This document shows positions 16,131 through 22,701 of a stretch of 24,000 nucleotides of DNA, piece by piece. The notes under the pieces were generated by a model, which worked only from the letters and a program-made list of their open reading frames with translations, searched no databases and was not told the DNA's origin. Every line of letters begins with the position of its first letter. Positions within the stretch are counted from its first letter, which is position 1. Location: the NCBI GenBank assembly GCA_016199745.1, contig JACQFZ010000027.1, positions 35,812-59,811 on the forward strand, given 5' to 3'. Made by a program: the position numbers and the translations under genes. Source of the stretch: Gammaproteobacteria bacterium. GTDB taxonomy: Bacteria; Pseudomonadota; Gammaproteobacteria; Acidiferrobacterales; Sulfurifustaceae.

Positions 16131-17786
16131 TCATCTTATTGCGGTTGTTCGTGCTTTCCAAAGCAACAACCCACCGGCCGCCACCAGGGCTGAACCCGCG
16201 AGTGCGGGAGGGCTAAGATCGGCAGGATAGCCTCCTAGCCCCCACAATAAGGCAGCGACCAGCAAGAACGACGTACCGACCAAGGAAAGTTGTTGCCGGC
16301 GCTCGCTTGCCCGCAACTGTAATCGCAGCCGCGCAATCTCGTCGGATTTCCACTGCAATGCCAAATCGCCCGAGCGTGCACGCTCCAATATTTCGTGAAT
16401 TAAGCCCGGCATGCGCGGCAGCAATGACCACCACTTCGGTCCCTCAGCCCGCAGCACTCGCAGGAAGGCGCGCGGACCCATGTTGTCACGCGCCCACTGT
16501 TCGAGATACGGCTTGGCGGTCTCCCAAAGGTCGAGATCCGGATAGAGCCGGCGCCCTAAGCCCTCGATGTTGAACAGCGTCTTTTGCAGTAACACCAACT
16601 GCGGCTGCACTTCCATATTGAACTGGCGCGCCGTTTGGAACAGCTGCAACAACAACCGGCCGAAAGAAATGTCCTTGATCGGTCGGGCAAAGATCGGCTC
16701 ACATACGGCGCGTATCGCCGCTTCGAATTCGCCAACCGGAGTATCGCGCGGCACCCAACCGGCGCGTAGATGCGCTTCAGCGACGGCACGGTAATCGCGA
16801 TTGAAGAAGGCGATAAAATTTTCGGCGAGGTAACGCTTATCGGCGTCGCCGAGCGTACCCATGATGCCGAAGTCGACCGCGCGATATTGACCTTCCGGCG
16901 ACACGAAGATATTGCCCGGATGCATATCGGCGTGAAAAAAGCCGTCGCGAAACGCTTGCGTGAAAAAGATCTCGACGCCGTTGTGCGACAGCCGGCGGAA
17001 ATCGATGCCGGCCGACTTGAGGGCTTCAATATTGCTGATGGGGAAACCGTAAATGCGTTCCATCACCATCACTTCACGGCGCGTCAGATCCCAAAAAATC
17101 TTCGGCACATACAGCAAATCGGAGTCGGTAAAGTTGGCGCGCAGCTGGCTCGCGTTCGCCGCCTCGCGTCGCAAATCGAGCTCGTGGCGAATGGTCTTAT
17201 GGAACTGCTCGACGACTTCCACCGGCCGCAATCGCGGACCGTCCGGCAGATAGCGGCGCGCTAACCGTGCCAGCAAATACATCAACTCGACGTCACGCTC
17301 GATGACGTTTTCGATACCGGGCCGCAATACCTTTACCGCAACGTCGGAACCGTCATGTAATCGCGCTAAATGGACCTGGGCGACCGAGGCCGATGCGATC
17401 GGTTGGGTATCGAACTGTGCAAAGTGCGTGGTCAACGGCGCGCCGAGTGCCGCAACAACGATGCGCTCGGCACGCTCACCGGGGAATGGCGGCACTTGGT
17501 CTTGTAGCTTCGCGAGTTCCTCGGCGATGTCGGGCGGCAGTAGATCCGGACGAGTCGACAACATCTGCCCGAACTTGACGAACACCGGTCCGAGTTCTTC
17601 CAACGCCTCGCGCAAGCGTACCGCGCGCGGCGCGGGGCGACGGCGAATAAGCCGCCACGGCATCAGCCGCAGCAACAAGCGATAGGGACGGAATAAATGG
17701 ATCGCCGTTACGAACTCATCGAGATCGTGTTTAACAAAAATACGGGTGATGCGCGTAAGGCGGCGAATCTGGCGTAGGCGCGGCAT
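16131..17786 (-). CDS. ubiB: Ubiquinone biosynthesis regulatory protein kinase UbiB (ABC1/ADCK family)
   Basis: I trimmed track ORF 16131..17963 to the in-frame ATG at 17786, which shares one base with the ubiJ stop (TGATG). The N-terminus is [25 protein letters not shown]... . ABC1 motifs follow (LEELGPVFVKFGQMLSTRPDLLP, ASASVAQVH, VAVKVLRPG, FFHADMHPGNIFV), then two C-terminal TM helices. Confidence 0.92.
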   Translation of the reverse strand: MPRLRQIRRLTRITRIFVKHDLDEFVTAIHLFRPYRLLLRLMPWRLIRRRPAPRAVRLREALEELGPVFVKFGQMLSTRPDLLPPDIAEELAKLQDQVPPFPGERAERIVVAALGAPLTTHFAQFDTQPIASASVAQVHLARLHDGSDVAVKVLRPGIENVIERDVELMYLLARLARRYLPDGPRLRPVEVVEQFHKTIRHELDLRREAANASQLRANFTDSDLLYVPKIFWDLTRREVMVMERIYGFPISNIEALKSAGIDFRRLSHNGVEIFFTQAFRDGFFHADMHPGNIFVSPEGQYRAVDFGIMGTLGDADKRYLAENFIAFFNRDYRAVAEAHLRAGWVPRDTPVGEFEAAIRAVCEPIFARPIKDISFGRLLLQLFQTARQFNMEVQPQLVLLQKTLFNIEGLGRRLYPDLDLWETAKPYLEQWARDNMGPRAFLRVLRAEGPKWWSLLPRMPGLIHEILERARSGDLALQWKSDEIARLRLQLRASERRQQLSLVGTSFLLVAALLWGLGGYPADLSPPALAGSALVAAGGLLLWKARTTAIR

Positions 17787-18379
17787 CAAGCGGTTCCAAT
17801 GAGGCGCTGCACGCGCTTTTCGAGTCGATCGGTATCGGCGCGCAGGTTGTCGACGTCGCGCAGGAACGCCTGCACGCGTTCGCGCTTGGCTAGTACGAAC
17901 GCTTCTTCCTGCAAATATTCGGCGGCATCGACACCGAGCGTCTGCGCCGCGCGCACGCCCCATTGACGAAAGCCACGCGCGAAACGACCGAGTTGGTGCG
18001 CCGGAATATCACCAATGACGCGCGCCAGGCCCTCCTCCCAATCGGGATCGAGACTGGAAACAATGCGCTGAAAACGTTGGCCGAGCTCGATGTCGCCGCG
18101 GATCGTCAGCTCGCCGGAAACCGTCGGTCCGCGCAGCAACTGCTTCATAAAAATTTCGCGCGTGCCGCTGATGGTGACGTCGGGCGTGCGGTCGTACTCG
18201 CGCTGCAGTCCTACGCCGGACGCCGTCGGTAATACGTACAACCGCAACGGCGTATGCTCGTCGGCGATCTCGAGCAAGATCGCCTTGCCGTGCAACTCGC
18301 CGAAACGACGCGTTGCCTCGGGATCCAGATGAAGCGCGCGATTGATCGCCGCTTCGAACAAACCCCCGAGCACGCTCAC
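17786..18379 (-). CDS. ubiJ: Ubiquinone biosynthesis accessory factor UbiJ (SCP2 lipid-binding domain)
   Basis: 197 aa with a GTG start that overlaps the ubiE stop. It has an SCP2-like N-terminal half ([28 protein letters not shown]...[13 protein letters not shown]) and a DWEE...GDIPAH segment. The ubiE-ubiJ-ubiB order matches E. coli. Confidence 0.85.
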   Translation of the reverse strand: MSVLGGLFEAAINRALHLDPEATRRFGELHGKAILLEIADEHTPLRLYVLPTASGVGLQREYDRTPDVTISGTREIFMKQLLRGPTVSGELTIRGDIELGQRFQRIVSSLDPDWEEGLARVIGDIPAHQLGRFARGFRQWGVRAAQTLGVDAAEYLQEEAFVLAKRERVQAFLRDVDNLRADTDRLEKRVQRLIGTA

Positions 18380-19134
18380 AGTTTGTAGCCCTTGTGCAAA
18401 GCGACGATGCCACCGCTCAAGTTGTGATATTCAACGCGCTCGAATCCGGCCTGCACCATCATTCCCTTCAGCGTCTCTTGATCCGGATGCTTGCGAATCG
18501 ATTCGACCAAATAGCGATAACTATCGGCATCGCCGGCAACGATGCGGCCGAGCACCGGCAGTACGTTAAACGAATAAGCGTCGTACAGCGTTTGCAGCGG
18601 TGTCGACACCGGCTTCGAAAATTCGAGTACCAATAAACGACCGCCCGGCTTCAACACGCGATACATCGATGCCAGTGCACGGTCGATATGGGTCACGTTG
18701 CGCAGACCGAAAGCGATGGTGACGCAATCGAAATGATCTTCCGCGAACGGCAAGCGCTCGGCATCGGCGCGAACGAACTCGACGTTGCCGGCGATCCCTT
18801 GATCCGCCAGCCGCGCACGGCCGACGTCGAGCATCGCGTCATTGATGTCGCTCAACACGATCGAACCCGACTGACCCACGCGCGGCGCTAACAATGCCGT
18901 TATGTCGCCGCTGCCACCGGCGACATCGAGCACGCGCTGACCGGCGCGAACGCCGCTTTGCGCGACCGCGAACTGTTTCCACAGGCGATGCACACCGAGC
19001 GACATCAAGTCGTTCATCAAATCGTAACGCCCGGCGACCGAGCGAAAGACCTCGGCAACTAAACCGCTCTTGGCGCCTTCCGCGACTTCACGGAAACCGA
19101 AATGCGTTTTGTCGGATTTATTGCTAGACGACAT
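18376..19134 (-). CDS. ubiE: Demethylmenaquinone / 2-methoxy-6-polyprenyl-1,4-benzoquinol methyltransferase UbiE
   Basis: I trimmed to the ATG at 19134, giving 252 aa: [17 protein letters not shown]...[25 protein letters not shown]...[10 protein letters not shown] (SAM motif I)...[10 protein letters not shown]...[14 protein letters not shown]... Confidence 0.93.
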   Translation of the reverse strand: MSSSNKSDKTHFGFREVAEGAKSGLVAEVFRSVAGRYDLMNDLMSLGVHRLWKQFAVAQSGVRAGQRVLDVAGGSGDITALLAPRVGQSGSIVLSDINDAMLDVGRARLADQGIAGNVEFVRADAERLPFAEDHFDCVTIAFGLRNVTHIDRALASMYRVLKPGGRLLVLEFSKPVSTPLQTLYDAYSFNVLPVLGRIVAGDADSYRYLVESIRKHPDQETLKGMMVQAGFERVEYHNLSGGIVALHKGYKL

Positions 19135-19139
19135 AATCG

Positions 19140-19508
19140 TTATCCCGGCTTGCGCGCGTGTCCCGCGCTGTTGAGCCGCTCCAAGTATTGCTGCCATAAG
19201 TCTTCATAATTGACGGCCAGATGACGCAACCACTCCCACGAATAAAGACCACTGTCATGACCATCGTCAAAAACTAAGCGCACCGCATAAGTGCCGATGG
19301 GCTCGATGGCGGTAATGTTGACGTTTTCTTTGCCGATTTGCAGCACTTCCTGTCCCGGCCCATGACCCCGCACTTCGGCCGACGGCGAGTAAACCCGCAG
19401 GTATTCACAGGGTAAACGGGCATGGCTACCGTCATCGAAGGCGATTTCGAGCACGTGCGAACGCTGATGCAGCTTTATGTCAGTTGGGCGAATCACGGGC
19501 TTGGACAT
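19140..19508 (-). CDS. DUF971 / gamma-butyrobetaine-hydroxylase-N-terminal-like small protein
   Basis: 122 aa. The pattern ...[31 protein letters not shown]...[33 protein letters not shown] is the characteristic DUF971 pattern. The gene ends 5 nt upstream of ubiE, so it is probably the first gene of the ubi operon. Confidence 0.75.
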   Translation of the reverse strand: MSKPVIRPTDIKLHQRSHVLEIAFDDGSHARLPCEYLRVYSPSAEVRGHGPGQEVLQIGKENVNITAIEPIGTYAVRLVFDDGHDSGLYSWEWLRHLAVNYEDLWQQYLERLNSAGHARKPG

Positions 19509-19625
19509 GCGATGTTAATTCCGGGAGAGCAAGTTCGGCGAGAGTATACGCGCTGTCTAGCGGCCCTTAGCGTCCCCCTCTCCCGCACGGAGGGATCGGG
19601 TTGCTGACGCGTTATTTCAATTGGC

Positions 19626-19643
19626 TCGTAATAGATTTGTAAT
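19626..19643 (+). promoter_or_regulatory. Candidate Pho box upstream of phoB
   Basis: Two 7-nt direct repeats separated by 4 nt, TCGTAAT-AGAT-TTGTAAT, fit the 11-bp periodicity and the xxGTxAT core of the CTGTCAT-AAAT-CTGTCAT consensus. A third TTGTAAT copy lies at 19654-19660. A -10-like TAATAT lies at 19657-19662. Confidence 0.35.
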
Positions 19644-19686
19644 GGTAACCAAATTGTAATATTTATGGTATGGAATACGCGCCACT

Positions 19687-20406
19687 ATGGCGATCACAAC
19701 TGCAAGCATGCAATCCTTCCGTGGCAAAGTTCTCGTCGTCGATGACGAAGCCGCTATCCGGCAAATGCTCTGTCTCGCACTCACGCACGCCGGCTATCAC
19801 TGTCTCGAAGCCGCCGACACCAACGAGGCACAGATGCAAATCGTCAATGAAACACCGGACCTCGTACTGCTCGACTGGATGCTGCCCGGCATCAGCGGTC
19901 TTGAATACGCGCGCCGGTTGCGGCGCGAGAAGCTGACACAAGATTTGCCGATTATCATGCTGACCGCACGCACCGAAGAAGAAGACAAAGTCCGCGGCCT
20001 CGACAGCGGCGCCGACGATTACTTGACCAAGCCTTTTTCCACCCGCGAGCTATTGGCACGCATCAAGGCGCTGCTGCGGCGCAGCTCACCGCTGGCGGTC
20101 GAATCGCCGGTCGAGGTCGACGGTCTCGCGCTCGATCCGGTCACGCACCGCGTGCTCGCCGGCGGCCAAAACTTGGCGTTGGGTCCGACCGAATTCCGTT
20201 TATTACATTTCTTCATGACCCACCCCGAACGCGTGCACTCGCGCGAACGGCTGTTGAACGGCGTCTGGGGCGACAACGTGTACGTTGAGGAACGTACGGT
20301 CGACGTTCACATCCGCCGTCTACGCAAAGCTTTGATTCCGACCGGTCACGAGCGCTTGATCCAAACCGTGCGCGGCGCCGGTTACCGTTTCTCGCCGCAA
20401 CTCTAA
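19687..20406 (+). CDS. phoB: Phosphate regulon response regulator PhoB (OmpR family)
   Basis: 239 aa; an alternative ATG at 19708 would give [14 protein letters not shown]. The receiver domain is almost collinear with E. coli PhoB ([11 protein letters not shown]...[44 protein letters not shown]). A winged-helix output domain follows ([31 protein letters not shown]...[14 protein letters not shown]). Confidence 0.9.
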   Translation: MAITTASMQSFRGKVLVVDDEAAIRQMLCLALTHAGYHCLEAADTNEAQMQIVNETPDLVLLDWMLPGISGLEYARRLRREKLTQDLPIIMLTARTEEEDKVRGLDSGADDYLTKPFSTRELLARIKALLRRSSPLAVESPVEVDGLALDPVTHRVLAGGQNLALGPTEFRLLHFFMTHPERVHSRERLLNGVWGDNVYVEERTVDVHIRRLRKALIPTGHERLIQTVRGAGYRFSPQL

Positions 20407-20410
20407 GCGC

Positions 20411-21733
20411 GTGCGGCAAAGTCTCTGGCGTGAAGTTTGGATTCTGGCCGGCCTCACTGGCTTGGGGCTGGCGATCGGTCTGTTCACAACCCACGTATTC
20501 CTCTTTCCCTTCCTTGGCCTGTGCGTTTACATCGCCCTGCAACTGCGCCAACTCAAGCGGCTCCATACCTGGTTGCTGGCCGAAAAAGGCGGCGAAGTTC
20601 CCGAAGCCCCTGGCCTATGGGGCGATGTGTTCAACGAAATCCGTAAGCTCGTACGTCAATCGGAACAACGCAGCGACGAGCTAAACGATTTGTTAGTGCG
20701 TTTCCAAAGTGCATCGGCGGCCATGCCCGATGCCGTGGTGATTCTGTCCGAGAACGAAGAGATCGAATGGGCCAACCCGGCGGCCGAGCACTTGCTCGGG
20801 CTCGACTATCCGCGCGACGCCGGCGTGCGCCTGGCGAATCTTATCCGCGATCCGCAATTCACCGACTATCTCGCGCGCGCTAATTTTGCCGAGCCGCTGG
20901 AAATGGATTCACCGGCCGATCCCCATTTAATGGTGTCACTGCAGTTAATTTCGTTCGGTGCGCAACGTCGGCTCGTCATCGGCCGCGACATCACGCGCCT
21001 GACGCGACTCGAGCAAATGCGCCGGACCTTTGTCGCCAACGTGTCGCACGAGCTGCGCACGCCGATCACAGTCTTAGGCGGTTATCTCGAAACGTTGCGC
21101 AGCTTAGACAATCTCGATCCGAACGAGCTGAAAAAACATCTGGCCGTCATGCACGAGCAGGCCGGCCGCATGCAGCGTTTGGTGGACGACTTGTTAACGC
21201 TGTCGCGGTTGGAAACGGCACCACCACGGCAAAAAGACGAGACCGTCGATGTACCGTCGCTGCTCGCCGGTCTGCGAGAACAGGCCGAGATCCTAAGCGG
21301 CGAGGCACACCATCGCATCACGCTCGACGCCGAGCCGAACTTACAACTGCTCGGGAGTCGTGAAGAGTTACACAGCGCGTTCATGAACGTTATCCAAAAC
21401 GCCGTGCGCTACACCCCGGCGGGCGGCAATATCAATCTGCGCTGGGCAACCGACGCCGAAGGCGCAAAGTTCTCGGTCACCGACAGCGGCGAAGGCATTG
21501 CCGCTGAGCACATCCCGCATCTAACCGATCGCTTCTATCGCGTCGACACCGCCCGCTCGCGCGATTCCGGCGGCACCGGCCTTGGGCTGTCGATCGTCAA
21601 GCACGTGCTGCTGCGCCATGATGCCGAGCTGCGCATCGACAGCGAGATCGGCGTCGGCAGTACCTTCATTTGCGCGTTTCCAACCGATCGCTTAATCCGC
21701 AGTCAAACCTCGACGAAAACGGTGCGCGCCTAG
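20411..21733 (+). CDS. phoR: Phosphate regulon sensor histidine kinase PhoR
   Basis: 440 aa with a GTG start 4 nt after the phoB stop. It has two N-terminal TM segments, a charged linker, a PAS-like region, a HisKA H-box (FVANVSHELRTPITVL) and an HATPase_c domain with N, G1 and G2 boxes (NAVRYTP, DSGEGI, GGTGLGLSIV). Confidence 0.9.
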   Translation: MRQSLWREVWILAGLTGLGLAIGLFTTHVFLFPFLGLCVYIALQLRQLKRLHTWLLAEKGGEVPEAPGLWGDVFNEIRKLVRQSEQRSDELNDLLVRFQSASAAMPDAVVILSENEEIEWANPAAEHLLGLDYPRDAGVRLANLIRDPQFTDYLARANFAEPLEMDSPADPHLMVSLQLISFGAQRRLVIGRDITRLTRLEQMRRTFVANVSHELRTPITVLGGYLETLRSLDNLDPNELKKHLAVMHEQAGRMQRLVDDLLTLSRLETAPPRQKDETVDVPSLLAGLREQAEILSGEAHHRITLDAEPNLQLLGSREELHSAFMNVIQNAVRYTPAGGNINLRWATDAEGAKFSVTDSGEGIAAEHIPHLTDRFYRVDTARSRDSGGTGLGLSIVKHVLLRHDAELRIDSEIGVGSTFICAFPTDRLIRSQTSTKTVRA

Positions 21734-21740
21734 CGCTCCA
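21665..21740 (+). repeat. Left copy of a 76-bp direct repeat (attL-like). It covers the last 22 codons and the stop of phoR, plus 7 nt.
   Basis: TTCATTTGCGCGTTTCCAACCGATCGCTTAATCCGCAGTCAAACCTCGACGAAAACGGTGCGCGCCTAGCGCTCCA aligns without gaps to 22580-22655 (offset 915 bp). There are 2 mismatches (21674 G/A, 21683 A/G), and the last 57 bp are identical. Confidence 0.9.
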
Positions 21741-21870
21741 CACACCGGTAGCGTTCAACACAAGAAACAACGACGACGCCAAGAATAGCGGGCGAGACAA
21801 GCCGGCGCGGCCGGTCACGGGCCTTGCGGGCGTAGCCCGATGCGAGTCGACACTTGCCCTTACCCGCCGC

Positions 21871-21969
21871 AAGACATTCGCCCAAGCATTGGCTACCATG
21901 CCAAACGTTGGCTGCGACGAGGATTTTGCACGCAAGGAAGATAAGAGAGCACGCAATGTACTTGGTTGA
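21871..21969 (+). pseudogene. C-terminal remnant of a Phd/YefM- or VapB-type antitoxin gene (N-terminal DNA-binding part missing)
   Basis: The last ~32 codons of track ORF 21670..21969 read KTFAQALATMPNVGCDEDFARKEDKRARNVLG*. This resembles the toxin-binding C-terminal tails of antitoxins paired with MYLxDTNV-type VapCs, and it overlaps the vapC start by 14 nt. Upstream in the same frame the sequence is Arg/Asn-rich read-through of the repeat and of phoR, with no antitoxin-like N-terminal domain. Confidence 0.4.
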
Positions 21970-22375
21970 TACCAATGTTATAAGCGAAGTTCGTAAAGGG
22001 ACGCGAGCCAATGCAGGTGTACGTGACTTCTTCAAGCGTACCGCCGCAGACCAATCACCTGTCTTCCTTTCAGTCGTAACAGTTGGCGAGCTCCGTAGAG
22101 GCGTTGAGCTCATCCGCCATCGTGGAGATGTTCCTCAGGCAAACCGACTCGAGAAATGGTTACAGCAGATATTGCTCAACTATGAGGACTACATCCTAGA
22201 CATAGATTCTGATGTCGCCCAACTGTGGGGTCGACTGCGTGTACCGAATTACGAGAATGCGTTGGATAAATTAATAGCAGCTAGCGCACTGATTCATAAT
22301 CTGACCGTCGTAACACGCAATAGCGACGACTTTTCAAAAACAGGGGTTCGCACTCTTGACCCCTTCTCGCAATAG
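21956..22375 (+). CDS. vapC: Type II toxin VapC (PIN-domain ribonuclease)
   Basis: I trimmed track ORF 21854..22375 to the ATG at 21956, giving 139 aa. The N-terminus is the canonical MYLVDTNVISEVRKG. All four PIN acidic residues are present: D5, E45 (TVGELRRG), D104 (ALDKLIAASAL) and D124 (VVTRNSDDF). Confidence 0.88.
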   Translation: MYLVDTNVISEVRKGTRANAGVRDFFKRTAADQSPVFLSVVTVGELRRGVELIRHRGDVPQANRLEKWLQQILLNYEDYILDIDSDVAQLWGRLRVPNYENALDKLIAASALIHNLTVVTRNSDDFSKTGVRTLDPFSQ

Positions 22376-22555
22376 ATAAAGACAACAAACGCGACCCAGT
22401 CGCTACCTAGAATTTCAGTAACGCATCTCGCCCGCCTAACAAGAGAACTACAACAGACGCGAAAATTATACTGATCTTTTCCTCTCGCCGACCCTGCAGG
22501 GGAAACTCAACCCAACCATGGGGCTTCTTCATCTGTCTGATATACAACGTCGAAA

Positions 22556-22655
22556 AGCGAACATCGCGCCTGCAACACTTTCATTTGCACGTTTCCAGCC
22601 GATCGCTTAATCCGCAGTCAAACCTCGACGAAAACGGTGCGCGCCTAGCGCTCCA
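22556..22655 (+). repeat. Right copy of the direct repeat (attR-like): a displaced, diverged 3' fragment of a phoR gene
   Basis: Positions 22580-22655 match 21665-21740 (74/76). Read in the phoR frame it gives FICTFPADRLIRSQTSTKTVRA*, against FICAFPTDRLIRSQTSTKTVRA* in phoR. Weaker codon-level similarity continues about 24 bp further upstream (SEHRACNTF vs SEIGVGSTF) and then stops. Confidence 0.85.
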
Positions 22656-22701
22656 TGGGGTGGTATAACTGCCGCTCACATTTACGTTCGAAGAACTCTC
22701 C

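Larger units (their letters stand above)
21741..22579 (+). mobile_element. Putative remnant or cis-mobilisable integrative islet inserted at the 3' end of phoR. Cargo: an antitoxin stub plus vapC. No recombinase.
   Basis: It is bracketed by the 76-bp direct repeats. The interior is visibly more AT-rich than the flanking genes and uses codons that look rare in the flanking genes (TTA, ATA, AGA). It contains a toxin-antitoxin-type gene. I could not find any integrase-like ORF on either strand. Confidence 0.55.

Noticed and set aside
16131-17963. The 610-aa version of the UbiB ORF, with a 59-aa Arg-rich N-terminal extension.
   Set aside because: The extension ([15 protein letters not shown]...) is low-complexity and lies entirely inside the ubiJ coding region in another frame. 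The in-frame ATG at 17786 overlaps the ubiJ stop and gives a canonical UbiB N-terminus.
19560-19600. A small hairpin (CCCTC...GAGGG) in the ubi/phoB intergenic region, considered as a possible terminator or sRNA element.
   Set aside because: It has only a 5-bp stem with a 9-nt loop and no T-tract, and both flanking genes are transcribed away from it.
21854-21955. The longer 173-aa start for vapC.
   Set aside because: PIN toxins of this type start at MYLxDTNV. The 34-aa extension overlaps the antitoxin stub and has no homology signature.
21670-21969. The 99-aa ORF taken as a complete antitoxin gene preceding vapC.
   Set aside because: Its first ~20 codons are the end of phoR read in a different frame. 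The next ~45 codons are Arg/Asn/Ala-rich without an antitoxin-like fold signature. Only the last ~32 codons look like an antitoxin, so I scored it as a truncated remnant.
22376-22579. A search for an integrase/recombinase remnant, IS end or tRNA gene inside the islet downstream of vapC.
   Set aside because: No ORF of useful length occurs on either strand. I saw no R..H..R..Y-type motifs in any frame, no terminal inverted repeats and no cloverleaf-like sequence. I therefore left it unannotated.
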